Origin: Candidatus Bathyarchaeia archaeon | Lineage (GTDB): Archaea; Thermoproteota; Bathyarchaeia; 40CM-2-53-6 | Assembly (NCBI GenBank): GCA_050013255.1 | Contig: JBEKFP010000001.1 | Coordinates: 832,001 to 896,000, forward strand | Length of the DNA stretch: 64,000 nt | Direction of reading: 5' to 3' | Part shown: piece after piece, positions 8,940-18,538 of the stretch | How the letters are laid out: each line of letters opens with the position of its first letter | Position numbering within the stretch: the stretch's first letter is position 1 | The notes under the pieces: generated by a model | Told to the model about the DNA's origin: nothing | The model's database searches: none | The model's input: only the letters and a program-made list of their open reading frames with translations | Position numbers and translations under genes: made by a program

Positions 8940-11681
8940 TTGGAATCTATGGAACGATCTGGGCCGCCTCCGCGTCTTTTCGGGTTGATTGGCTGGATTA
9001 TTGTAGCGATAGTTTCCATTGGTGTGACCGTTTATGGGTTGTCAGTTTACTTGGACTGGGTCGTTTTCCAGTCCATGTATGCTTCCAAGGCAGGCCTCGA
9101 CTGGTTCGCGATAAACTTCTATCACAATAACACCTTCATCGTCGCCGGTGTTCTCGCACTTCTCTTCATCAACCCGGTCCCTAGAAGGAGCCATCTCTTC
9201 GAGGGGCTTTCTGCGTTGGGAGGGGCCTTCGCACGTGTAAGAGGGGAGGCACAGGCAGTCTCGCTCGGACCTGGCAGGGTTGCGTGGTTGTTTTGGCAGA
9301 TAGCCAAGTGGGCTGTCGCTTTCGGGATTATCGCGACGGTGAACGGGATACCGGGCCTTGGCAACCTCACGATGGTGGCCACGATGCTGCAGAGTGGGCT
9401 GGGTAACTGGGGCCAGGTCCTGAGGGTCTTTCAGCTCCCGTTGGTTCCCGCTTCCGGAACTGAACTTGTTGCGTTGATGCCTACTATGGAGGTGCAGTAT
9501 GCCCTCATCTTCGACATCGTCTCTGCGGTCGTATTCGTGGCAGTCCTTAGACTCATTCTGATGCTCGTCCGCGATTTCGCTCGACTCAAGACGAATGCAT
9601 GGGGGAGAGATCTATTCCTCATTCTCGCCTTAGCTGCGCTGGTGGCGGTCTTCGATGCACCCTACTGGACCATGAACATTGCGACGCCCAACGACTACCT
9701 GATCGCTATCACCGTTTTCTTTAGCTTCTTGGCCATCGCGGCTTCTTTTCAGTTCGGAGTCATTCGACGAACAATAGGCATGGCGCGCCGGAAACGATGG
9801 ATCGTCTACCTCATGGGACTGTTCTTGTTCGCCATACTTATTGTAAACTTGGGTTTCGTGGCAGGCTACTCGCTAAACTGGAACAACAACTGGATTGGCT
9901 ATGAATGGCAGCCTATGACGATGAAGGAAATTCAGGTCACACGATGGGCCGCAGGTTTAGAAAACGTAACGGCGGAGCCTCTCTCAAGTCTCCCCGCCGG
10001 AAACACCAGCACGATCGTATCGCTGGTTCGACAATGGGATCACGATGCATCTTACACGAAAATGAAGAATCAGATAGGCGTCAACTGGATGCAGCTGAGC
10101 GATTCGCAAATAATCTACCTTAACGGACACGAATACTGGGTTGCCCCCACAACAATCAACTATCCTGCCGACGACTGGATCAGCCATCACCTCATCTACA
10201 CTCACGCCGCCAGAATAGTGGTGATCGACAGCCACACGGGCGACTACGTTTCGGTCCAGCAGGCATTCGGCGTTAAGTCGGAACCCTCAATCTACTATGG
10301 TGAGAGTCTCGCCGACGACGTCTACGTGCATGTTAGAGGAGTCGAGGAAATAGGAAACGCGTCTTACACCGGAGGGCCTGACTATGTTCTCTCAGGCTGG
10401 CAGAGGGCCCTATGGTTCCTCGTGAAAGAAGGTCAAGTCGGCTTCGCCCTCACTCCTCCCCAAGACCAAATCATGATGCTTCATAACCGAGATGTTCATC
10501 AGAGAGTCCAAGATTTCCTCATCGATGGGCTGACGACCGACCGTGCAAGCTACCTCGTCACGGACGGAAACCGAATCTACTACCTCGTCCAAGTCTATAC
10601 GAACTACCCGATTCATTCTGGATTCTCCGGTAGCAGCTACCTCCGATTCTTCGGAGTGGTCTTGGTCGATATAGAAGACGGTCGCATGTACCCCTACGTC
10701 ATAGCCAAACCGGATGGCTTTCTGGTCGACTTCTATAGACAATACTATTCGTCATGGAAAGCGCCGCCAGATTGGCTCGTCAACCAACTACGCTATCCTG
10801 AGGACTTACTCGGAACCCACGACCTGCCAGGACAGCTAGATGTCTCTTTCACATATCATGTGAACGACCCATTCATTTGGAGATCAGGTTCTGACTTCTA
10901 CGAGCGGCCAGAAGCTACAGAGGTACTTTACGTGCTATTGAGTTCAGGGAATCGAGCTGACTTCGTAGGACTGCAGCTAGTAGAGTATCAGGCATCCCCT
11001 GGCCGCAACCTCGCTGGCATGTACATAGCCTATGGCACCGATCAGCTTGGAAGGTTGAACCTTTACAGAATATCCAATTCGACAACCCAACTGATTGGGC
11101 CGTCTGCTGCGCTTCAAGCGGTTGAAACCGACGATTATGTACGCCAACAGTTAACGCTGCTGCCGAACTACCGACTTGGAAACATCCTATTGTACCTCAT
11201 CGGAGACCACCTCTACTACTTCATTCCAGTCTACATCAACACGCAAGTCGAAAACGCCGTCATCACAAAGATGGCCTTCGTCACAGTCGTCGACGCGACA
11301 ACCGGAGCCAGGGTTGCGGTTGGAGCAGACTCATCCCAAGCATACTACGCCATATCCGGAGGAATTCCCACCATATTGGGATCGGCGGAACGTGAGAAGA
11401 AGCTCAACTTGCTATTCACGAACAAAGGATACCCACTAGTCAACCCGAGCAGCATAAGCGCGAACGTGGAGATTCGAATCGCAAACATCACCTACACTGA
11501 CGAAACCCAATGGGCCTCTGTCAATGCCACGGTCAACAGTTTCATCACCAGCTATGGCCAGAAATACGGCGTGACAGAAGTCTACTATTGGACCGAGCCG
11601 AACGGTGACCTTAGCTTCGGCGTGCTCGTCTCTAGTGCCGGGGTTGTGAAACTCTACTACATAACCGTCCAGATCAGGTAG
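8940..11681 (+). CDS. UPF0182 family membrane protein
   Basis: N-terminal TM bundle and soluble domain with VRQWD, HLIYTH, IYYGE and LRYPEDL motifs. Confidence 0.85.
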   Translation: MESMERSGPPPRLFGLIGWIIVAIVSIGVTVYGLSVYLDWVVFQSMYASKAGLDWFAINFYHNNTFIVAGVLALLFINPVPRRSHLFEGLSALGGAFARVRGEAQAVSLGPGRVAWLFWQIAKWAVAFGIIATVNGIPGLGNLTMVATMLQSGLGNWGQVLRVFQLPLVPASGTELVALMPTMEVQYALIFDIVSAVVFVAVLRLILMLVRDFARLKTNAWGRDLFLILALAALVAVFDAPYWTMNIATPNDYLIAITVFFSFLAIAASFQFGVIRRTIGMARRKRWIVYLMGLFLFAILIVNLGFVAGYSLNWNNNWIGYEWQPMTMKEIQVTRWAAGLENVTAEPLSSLPAGNTSTIVSLVRQWDHDASYTKMKNQIGVNWMQLSDSQIIYLNGHEYWVAPTTINYPADDWISHHLIYTHAARIVVIDSHTGDYVSVQQAFGVKSEPSIYYGESLADDVYVHVRGVEEIGNASYTGGPDYVLSGWQRALWFLVKEGQVGFALTPPQDQIMMLHNRDVHQRVQDFLIDGLTTDRASYLVTDGNRIYYLVQVYTNYPIHSGFSGSSYLRFFGVVLVDIEDGRMYPYVIAKPDGFLVDFYRQYYSSWKAPPDWLVNQLRYPEDLLGTHDLPGQLDVSFTYHVNDPFIWRSGSDFYERPEATEVLYVLLSSGNRADFVGLQLVEYQASPGRNLAGMYIAYGTDQLGRLNLYRISNSTTQLIGPSAALQAVETDDYVRQQLTLLPNYRLGNILLYLIGDHLYYFIPVYINTQVENAVITKMAFVTVVDATTGARVAVGADSSQAYYAISGGIPTILGSAEREKKLNLLFTNKGYPLVNPSSISANVEIRIANITYTDETQWASVNATVNSFITSYGQKYGVTEVYYWTEPNGDLSFGVLVSSAGVVKLYYITVQIR

Positions 11682-11689
11682 GTGGAAGC

Positions 11690-11983
11690 ATGTCAATGCT
11701 GCAGGAGGAATTCGATTTGTGGCTGAGCAGCAAGTACTCAAATCCCTTCTGGGTCGGGCACCATAGATTCGAAAAGAGCGTGACCGGTGAGATTCGAGTG
11801 GACAATGGAGTGTTCAGGAGAGAAGAGGCTGCTATACTCTTTCGAATGCTCAGGTCACGCGACCCCTTCACGCGGCTTAACGCGAAATTCGTCATATGGG
11901 AGAGAAACCGAAGCCTACTGGTTCTCCTCGTAATTGTCACGGTCATAATGCTCGCATTAGTAATTATAAGAATCCGAGAATGA
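11690..11983 (+). CDS. Hypothetical protein with C-terminal TM helix
   Basis: GGTGG RBS, operon-like spacing after the UPF0182 gene. Confidence 0.7.
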   Translation: MSMLQEEFDLWLSSKYSNPFWVGHHRFEKSVTGEIRVDNGVFRREEAAILFRMLRSRDPFTRLNAKFVIWERNRSLLVLLVIVTVIMLALVIIRIRE

Positions 11984-12046
11984 CCCGTCAGGAAGACTGA
12001 GCGAACCGAAGTAACGGCTTTCGACCCAACGGCTCTAGGTCGGTTA

Positions 12047-12120
12047 GGGGTTCTGTTGACTTGTTAACTCGCCGATTTCATTAACTCGTCCGCATCGACC
12101 GGGCGTCTTTGAACTGGCAA
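12047..12120 (-). repeat. Orphan TnpB right-end/omegaRNA-like remnant
   Basis: Minus strand GTCGATGCGGACGAGTTAA...GAGTTAACAAGTCAACAGAACCC versus TnpB end GTCGATGGAAGCGAGTTAA...GAGCCAACAAGTTAACAGAACCC. Confidence 0.7.
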
Positions 12121-12127
12121 GGGGGGT

Positions 12128-12225
12128 TTGAGAACATTGTTGGCGCTAGTTGGTGGCGCTGCCGAAGTCGCTAAGCAGATTGAAGCGTACAATGCTGCGG
12201 GCGTAAGCTACCATGTACTGAACAC
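12128..12225 (+). pseudogene. Fragment resembling the C-terminus of an LLM-class oxidoreductase
   Basis: LVGGAAEVAKQIEAYNAAGVSYHVL with no upstream body. Confidence 0.45.
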
Positions 12226-12381
12226 CCAGCCGTGTCTTTACCTTCAGGACGGAAGGAGTGTGTGCGCGCCTGCTTGGTTGTTGATTTCAATATGTGGTGT
12301 AGTCTTATGGGGACAACGTGTTACTCGTCTTTGACGGGAGTGAAGAAATATGAGGACCGTCAGGGGGGTTGGGGCGGTGCC

Positions 12382-13212
12382 TTACTTCTTAGGTCCCTTG
12401 TAGGTCAGTACTCTACCCCACAGATCCTTTGTTCCCCAAATCCCCCTACGCAGGGTCTCCAAGTGAACAATCTGGCTGTGGTCAACGAATAAGTTCACCT
12501 CAGGGCCGTAGTTCTTGATGTACCAACCGAATACTTCAGGGTCCGCTGCCTCGAACATTACCTTATCCAACCCTAATGCGTCGATTATCTTTGGTGGCAC
12601 GTCGGTGCGCCAGGTCTTTACATTCTCTGTGATGCCTTCTGATTCAATCATGATCATGTAGGCGCCTGCGTCAAGGAAACGTTTCGCTTCCGAGATTGCC
12701 CAGGCTGGGTCCTTCGTTCCCTCAGCCTCGAGTTCTGCGATTGATGTGGCCCCGCCGGAACCGAACTGAATTCCCACCTCAGGCTTCGGCTTCAACCCGG
12801 CCTTCTTCACTAGCTCCACAAGTTGAACCCAATCGTCGACGGGTAGTGTGATGAAACCGCTGGAGATTTCGATAATGTCGAAGCCCACATCCTTACATTC
12901 CTTCACGTAGTGTTCCACGGCCTCAGGGCCCTGCGTCAGAACGTACTCAATCCACCCACCTGTCGAGACCAGCACGTTGTACCGGTGCGCCGTGTCGATA
13001 ATCTCCTTGAGCACGTCCCGTTTCATGAGGCTGAATGATCCGGCTGCGAACTTCAGGGCGTCCACGTACTCACCCATTGTTTCCAAAACATCTTCGAGGT
13101 ACCGCTTCCCCATCACGGTATAGTAGGGGCCGCGAATCTCAGTAACTCCTTTTGTTCGGGGCTTTCCAGGCCGTTCGTTCATTCTGATAAAGGAAAACGC
13201 TTTGCTACTCAA
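12382..13212 (-). CDS. comA: Phosphosulfolactate synthase (ComA) family protein
   Basis: KPR..G.TEIR, YVD.LKF..GS, IEISSG, MIESEGI, FEA and G.EVNLF motifs. Confidence 0.88.
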   Translation of the reverse strand: MSSKAFSFIRMNERPGKPRTKGVTEIRGPYYTVMGKRYLEDVLETMGEYVDALKFAAGSFSLMKRDVLKEIIDTAHRYNVLVSTGGWIEYVLTQGPEAVEHYVKECKDVGFDIIEISSGFITLPVDDWVQLVELVKKAGLKPKPEVGIQFGSGGATSIAELEAEGTKDPAWAISEAKRFLDAGAYMIMIESEGITENVKTWRTDVPPKIIDALGLDKVMFEAADPEVFGWYIKNYGPEVNLFVDHSQIVHLETLRRGIWGTKDLWGRVLTYKGPKK

Positions 13213-14621
13213 CGATTTGTCCCTCGTTTGGGGTCAGGAATATTTGCGAGCAGCTTCGTGAGATCTGTGACATATAGGTCTTCCATTTGATGCACACAAT
13301 CTACGATTTGTTTTCGCAGATTCTTGTCAACATAACGAGCGCTTAGGCTGTCAAATTTCTCCACCGCTCTCTCCCAGCGCATGGGGCGCGTGAAGAAGCC
13401 CTCGTAGTCCCGTTTCTCCTTCTCCACGATCCGCCCACCTTTCAGATGAACTATCAGGTGGGATGGCATTTCATTCGGAAATCTTTGACTGTAATCCTCT
13501 CTGGGCCTGACGGCGATTTTCTGCAGAAGATTCTGAACATCGCTTCTGGTGATTCTGTCGGGATAATATTGTTCAGGCATTACGGTTCCATCTAGAGTTG
13601 CTACGGCGACAATGTATGGGAGGCTATGGTCGGCCTCTTCCTTCGTTCGCACATGCTTCTTCTCCCCCTCCTCCCCCCCGCCAATTATGTTGTAGGCTAC
13701 GTCGAAGACCTCTATCTCGAGCTTCTCAATCTCCTCCGGCTTGAAGCCCTGTTCTTTCTTAAGCTCTAAGATGCCTTCAATCGAAGATTGGGAATGAACC
13801 TCGGCATTGTACTTCTTCAGTATGGTTCGTGTAACTCGTTCTAGATTCTCCTTCGACCAGTCAATATCGAATTTTCCCGCAATCGATTCCATGAAGCCTT
13901 TGTTTCCCTCAAAAACCTCAGGCGGCCCAGTGATGCCCCGCATGGCCAAGAATCCAGCGTGGGTGGCGCCGAAGCCGGTAAAGGGGTAGGCTAACCCTTT
14001 CCAGTGTGAAAGTTTCCCTGTGCGCGTTACCCTAAGCGCATTGAGCGCCGTGCCGCTGATTGCGATCGCATTCGCCGTCTTCTCAACATCTAAGCCCAAG
14101 GCTTTGGAGACTCCTGCGGCTGCGGCGTAGGATCCCTGTGTTGTGTGGTCGAAGCCTTTGCTTCGGACTGGGGCTACGTCGCTGAGGCGGCATTGCACTT
14201 GGTAGGATACAGCTAGTGCGAGCAGGAAATCGCTTCCCTTCGCTTTCGCGTATTCTGACGCGGCTAGCACGGCGCCAACGTTATCGTTCGGATGGCAGGT
14301 CTCCCCCTTGGCTAGGTAGCTGTCGTTGAAGTCCAAATAGCGGATTAATGCTCCATTGTATAGTGCGGCGAGGTCTGGGGCCGTCTTTCCTCCGCCAATA
14401 AGTGTGCAGTGCGGTTTCCCACCAAAATCATCAAGCTGCGCTTGGAGCATTCGGATTGGTTCGCCTTCGAGGGCGCCTATTGCACAACCGAGCGCGTCCA
14501 GCACTCGAATTTTTAGCTCCTGCTTGGCCGCAGGGGACAATACTTGGAAAGTGGTTCCAACTACGAACTGGGCAAGTTCGTGGACGAGGGTTCTCTGTTC
14601 TGGCAAGTTTCGGGTCGCCAA
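13209..14621 (-). CDS. MmgE/PrpD family protein (2-methylcitrate dehydratase-like)
   Basis: RYLDFNDSY, HPNDN, GFDHTT, WKGLA and ADHSLPY motifs. Confidence 0.92.
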   Translation of the reverse strand: MATRNLPEQRTLVHELAQFVVGTTFQVLSPAAKQELKIRVLDALGCAIGALEGEPIRMLQAQLDDFGGKPHCTLIGGGKTAPDLAALYNGALIRYLDFNDSYLAKGETCHPNDNVGAVLAASEYAKAKGSDFLLALAVSYQVQCRLSDVAPVRSKGFDHTTQGSYAAAAGVSKALGLDVEKTANAIAISGTALNALRVTRTGKLSHWKGLAYPFTGFGATHAGFLAMRGITGPPEVFEGNKGFMESIAGKFDIDWSKENLERVTRTILKKYNAEVHSQSSIEGILELKKEQGFKPEEIEKLEIEVFDVAYNIIGGGEEGEKKHVRTKEEADHSLPYIVAVATLDGTVMPEQYYPDRITRSDVQNLLQKIAVRPREDYSQRFPNEMPSHLIVHLKGGRIVEKEKRDYEGFFTRPMRWERAVEKFDSLSARYVDKNLRKQIVDCVHQMEDLYVTDLTKLLANIPDPKRGTNR

Positions 14622-14744
14622 CAGTTATTTGCCCTCATCTATGTTTGTTACTTTTCGGTTGGGCGGTGTATAACATATGCTAGGCATCAATTCTGCGCGT
14701 TCGCTTTGACTTCAACGGTGGTCTGAACAGGCCTTACTGGTTTG

Positions 14745-14876
14745 CTATGTCTTGCCGCACGTTTTCTCATGCTCTGTTAGGCAGGCTTCGCACATAGTGT
14801 TTCCGCAGCTCTTGCACATTTTGAGCGGGCCTTCTAGTGGTTGGCCGCAGAAGCCACAATAACTACCCGAGAACAA
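14745..14876 (-). CDS. 43-aa zinc-finger microprotein MFSGSYCGFCGQPLEGPLKMCKSCGNTMCEACLTEHEKTCGKT
   Basis: Three CxxC plus HxxxC; AAGGAG RBS; below the ORF-track cutoff. Confidence 0.75.
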   Translation of the reverse strand: MFSGSYCGFCGQPLEGPLKMCKSCGNTMCEACLTEHEKTCGKT

Positions 14877-15126
14877 ATCGCAACTCCTTCGAAAATCAAC
14901 GGTTATGATTTAGGCCTAATAACCTGCCTTTTAGTCGCGGCAAAAACAGCTGAGGTCGATTTTTCGTGTTCTAAACCCCCTGTCTGTTAGGAAACAGGCC
15001 ATTTGTTGCCTTCGTTTGGCACCGTTTGGCACCACCCCTTGATGGGTGGATCCACCCTAGCCTATGCCTCTAGAACGCAACAGAACCGTTGCCAAGGGCC
15101 TGTGGAGAATTGAGGGGTTGAGTTGA

Positions 15127-15399
15127 TTAGGGTCTGGTTTTTCGGCTCACCCAAAGAATCGAATCGTCCCGCATATTTCTTATCTCCAAGATTCTATGAA
15201 ACGGGATCAATGATTCTTCACCCGCAGAATCTTCCTGTATTGTAAAATAGGATTTGCCAAGGGTTCGAATATTGGATGCGTTAACTTGTTTCGTGTCGCC
15301 TGGCGCGCCCCTGTGGCGGTATGTGATGACGTAATCCTCAGGGTTCTCTTTCTCGTCCCAGCGCAGCCTGTTGAGAATATTCCTGAGAGGGTGAACCAT
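15127..15399 (-). CDS. DUF504/MJ1316-type RNA-repair-associated domain protein
   Basis: LNRLRWD, Y.HRGAP and IPFHRI motifs. Confidence 0.85.
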   Translation of the reverse strand: MVHPLRNILNRLRWDEKENPEDYVITYRHRGAPGDTKQVNASNIRTLGKSYFTIQEDSAGEESLIPFHRILEIRNMRDDSILWVSRKTRP

Positions 15400-15526
15400 A
15401 GGCCACGTTCAGCTTTACGTATGGCTAGCTTAGGTGTTGGTGTTGTAGATATTGGTCTCGAAATTGGTTGCTGTCAAGTCAGCTTAAAGCCCCCACTGGC
15501 GCAGGGGTTGTTGGGATTCGAAAACG

Positions 15527-15943
15527 TTGGCTAGCCAGAAACTTCTTGATATGTTGAACAAAGCAATTGCTGGGGAGCTTCAAGCCATAATTCAGTACAT
15601 GTGGCAGCATATCCAGTGGAAAGGAATTGAGCACTACGCGGTCAGCAAGGGATTCGAGGAGACCGCGATGGACGAAATGAAGCATGCCGAGAAGATTGCG
15701 GAGAGGCTCTGGTACTTGGGAGCAAAGCCAACAATCCAACCCGCCCCCATCTTCGTTGGAAACACCCTCGAAGAAATGATTCAATCCGACGTCAAAGCAG
15801 AGCTAGAAACAATTGTGCTGTACAAGGAAATCATGGAACAGGCACAAAAAGAAGGCGACGTGGCCACAAAAGAGATCTTTGAAGAGATAGAAGAGGACGA
15901 AGAAGAACACCACGACTTCTTCTCAAGCCTCCTAGAAAAATAA
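15527..15943 (+). CDS. Bacterioferritin/ferritin-like di-iron protein
   Basis: ELQAIIQY, DEMKHAE and DEEEH ExxH motifs. Confidence 0.9.
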   Translation: MASQKLLDMLNKAIAGELQAIIQYMWQHIQWKGIEHYAVSKGFEETAMDEMKHAEKIAERLWYLGAKPTIQPAPIFVGNTLEEMIQSDVKAELETIVLYKEIMEQAQKEGDVATKEIFEEIEEDEEEHHDFFSSLLEK

Positions 15944-16056
15944 AGCGCTACTTTTCCCGGCAAGCTACCTCTTGAGGTTCCTCCAAACCGGTTCCCGCAA
16001 AGTTTGTCTTGGGACGTCATCGACGATAACCCAACTAGTTTTCGCGTCGCGAGAGT

Positions 16057-16878
16057 TCAATGGCGTCTGAAGAACGCAGCTATCTCTTCGCTGGCGTCAA
16101 GGTTCCGGCTAGTTTTGCCGATTATTCTTTCTGGCAAGTATTGCCAGCCTCCAGGCCACGTATGGCCGCCACCTTCGATAACGTACATGATTACCTCCGT
16201 ATTGCCCGGGCACTGGGTGAAATTCTCAACGCGGACACGGGTTGAGTCCTCGCTTCGAATTGGTAAATGTTGGATAGTTGGAGTGAGGGCGCAACCATTC
16301 AACTGGGCCCACTTAACCGCCGAGTTATGGGCCGACAATATTTCTCTCCTAGCACCCGCTCTGACACGCCCTCCATCAAATGGCACGAGTGGGTCATTTG
16401 TCCCATGAATCATCATAACCGAGACGGGTTTGCTTATCACCCGAGTTTCGGCTAGTGACGCTTGCATTGTGGCAGCAACCGTGGCGATCGCACTTATCCT
16501 CTCGGGGAATTCGATTGCCAGCCGTTGCGAGAAGAAACCGCCGTTCGAAATGCCAACCGCGTAAACCTTGCTCGGATCGATCGCATTCGTATTAGTTAGC
16601 CGTTCGATAAGTACCGAGATGAAGGCGAGGTCGTCAACGCCCTTAGGGCCTGTGTCGGGCGTGTCGGTCCAATGCCTACCATAACCATCAGCGTACGCGA
16701 CCACAAAACCGTCCCGGTCGGCGATATGGTTGAAACGGGTCAAGATAGGCATGCCTTTTGCTCTTCCGCCTCCCCCGTGAAATGCAAGAAGCAGACTGTG
16801 GGGCTGAGTATTGTCGGGGCAGTGTACCAAGTAGGTTCTCCGAATATCTCCGACAAGGAGAGAATCAGCAAAGTCCAT
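16057..16878 (-). CDS. LpqC/PHB-depolymerase-like alpha/beta hydrolase
   Basis: FHGGGG, GISNGG nucleophile, HGTNDPLVP and GGGHTWPGG motifs; ATG at 16878 preferred. Confidence 0.88.
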   Translation of the reverse strand: MDFADSLLVGDIRRTYLVHCPDNTQPHSLLLAFHGGGGRAKGMPILTRFNHIADRDGFVVAYADGYGRHWTDTPDTGPKGVDDLAFISVLIERLTNTNAIDPSKVYAVGISNGGFFSQRLAIEFPERISAIATVAATMQASLAETRVISKPVSVMMIHGTNDPLVPFDGGRVRAGARREILSAHNSAVKWAQLNGCALTPTIQHLPIRSEDSTRVRVENFTQCPGNTEVIMYVIEGGGHTWPGGWQYLPERIIGKTSRNLDASEEIAAFFRRH

Positions 16879-16978
16879 GAATTGTCTGGAACCCTTCACG
16901 TGTAACCCCATCCGAGGTGCCACAAATGAAGAAATACTTACCGCAAGCTTTTCTTCGAGAGGCCCACCTAGAACCGAG

Positions 16979-17095
16979 ATGGCCTTGTATCCTGAATCTT
17001 CCCGTCGCAATTGCCCCAAATGCGCCCGTTGCGGCGGATGCACGCAATGGTCAAACGGTAGATGGTTCTGCCTCTTCTGTAGAATCTACTACTGA
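16979..17095 (+). CDS. 38-aa zinc-ribbon microprotein
   Basis: CARCGG...GRWFCLFCRIYY. Confidence 0.5.
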   Translation: MALYPESSRRNCPKCARCGGCTQWSNGRWFCLFCRIYY

Positions 17096-17225
17096 GCGTT
17101 GGTTTGGTGTTCGGTTCTGTTGGGTTGGGATGTGTTTTGCATCAACCTTTGGGTGTGACTAGGTTTGGGAGTTGCAATACCTTATTAGTCCGCTTGCGGG
17201 GGGTTTCCCGAACTGGTGTTTCTAA

Positions 17226-17831
17226 TTGAGTGAATACTACCTTCCAGGCGCGACAACCGTCGGCATCGTCTGCAAAGACGGCGTAATATTGGCGGCCGAA
17301 CGGCGCGTCACATACGGATATTTCGTTATGAGTAAAAGCGGTAAGAAGGTCTTCAAGATCGCTGACAAGATTGGTGCAGCATGCGCCGGCATCGTTGCCG
17401 ACATGCAAATTCTAACACGCGAGGTAGGCGCCTACCTGAACCTCTACACTTACGAACGTGAACAAAGCGTCATGGTCCATACGGCCGCTAAGCTGATGGG
17501 TAGCATGCTCTTCGAGCGACGCTACTTCCCCTACATAACGCAAACAATCGTTGGCGGAATCGACGAGGGCGGAGCTAGGTTGTTCGTTCTCGACCCGTTG
17601 GGCTCAGTAATCGAGGACAAGTTTACGGCGGTGGGCTCAGGGTCGGAGATTGCCATGGGCCTTCTTGAAACCGAATTCAAGGAGGGCATGTCCATTGAAG
17701 AAGGGAAGGGCCTCGCACGGAAGGCTGTGAAGGCTGCGTCGGCGAGGGATATAGGTAGCGGTGAAGGCCTCGACATGCTCGTAATAACCAATACCGGCAT
17801 CCGCGAAGAACAAGAACTACCCGCCAAGTAA
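17226..17831 (+). CDS. psmB: Proteasome subunit beta
   Basis: GATTVGIV, AAERR, KKVFKI and GSGS motifs. Confidence 0.95.
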   Translation: MSEYYLPGATTVGIVCKDGVILAAERRVTYGYFVMSKSGKKVFKIADKIGAACAGIVADMQILTREVGAYLNLYTYEREQSVMVHTAAKLMGSMLFERRYFPYITQTIVGGIDEGGARLFVLDPLGSVIEDKFTAVGSGSEIAMGLLETEFKEGMSIEEGKGLARKAVKAASARDIGSGEGLDMLVITNTGIREEQELPAK

Positions 17832-17886
17832 CCACCTCGCATCCTAAGTTCACGGGAAGCCTCTTCGCAAACGGCTAGCGAGCTCT

Positions 17887-18537
17887 ATGCTTTCGAAGAG
17901 CGACGTCGAAAGAATCCAAGCCGAGTTGCTTTCCTACGATAAGGCGAGAGAAAAACTTCAAACATTAACTCGAAACGCGACGAGGCTATGCAGTTGGGCG
18001 ATAGTTCAAGTCCATCGCGGAAAGCTCGGTGAAGCCACCAAAACCCTCAACGAAGCAAAACGCTCACTCGACGAACTCCAAAACCTCCTCACAGCCCACA
18101 CTGAACTACCGCAGTTCGGGCAAGTTCTCGTGGCCTTCCAAGAGTATGCGGAAGCCAAGCTTCTCTTTCATTTGAAAAAGAACGGCACCATAGCCTCCAT
18201 GCACGAAGTTGGGACTAGCAGCACAGCCTACCTTCTTGGCATGTTAGATTTCCTCGGCGAAATGCGGCGAATGATCCTAGACGCGCTCAGGCACGGGAAC
18301 GCGGACCTAGCGCAGAACCTACTCACGAAAATGGAGGGTTTATACGAGGAACTCATGTCCCTCGACCGAACATCCATCCTCCCGAACTTTCGAAGAAAAC
18401 TCGACGCGTCCCGCAGGATATTGGAGGCTACACGCGGCGATGTCGCGACTGACCTGCGGCGGATTTCCTTGGAAAAGGCACTGCGCAACGTAGAACGCAA
18501 GCTTGCTTCTGGTGGCAAGGCCACCAAACGCGGTTGA
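17887..18537 (+). CDS. Translin/TRAX family protein
   Basis: QEYAEA, YLLG.LD..GEMRR and RRKLD motifs. Confidence 0.88.
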   Translation: MLSKSDVERIQAELLSYDKAREKLQTLTRNATRLCSWAIVQVHRGKLGEATKTLNEAKRSLDELQNLLTAHTELPQFGQVLVAFQEYAEAKLLFHLKKNGTIASMHEVGTSSTAYLLGMLDFLGEMRRMILDALRHGNADLAQNLLTKMEGLYEELMSLDRTSILPNFRRKLDASRRILEATRGDVATDLRRISLEKALRNVERKLASGGKATKRG

Positions 18538-18538
18538 A

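Noticed and set aside
15255-15264. Target of the putative guide after the 15087 remnant (TTGCCAAGGG in the DUF504 gene)
   Set aside because: Only a 10-nt match, which is compatible with chance.
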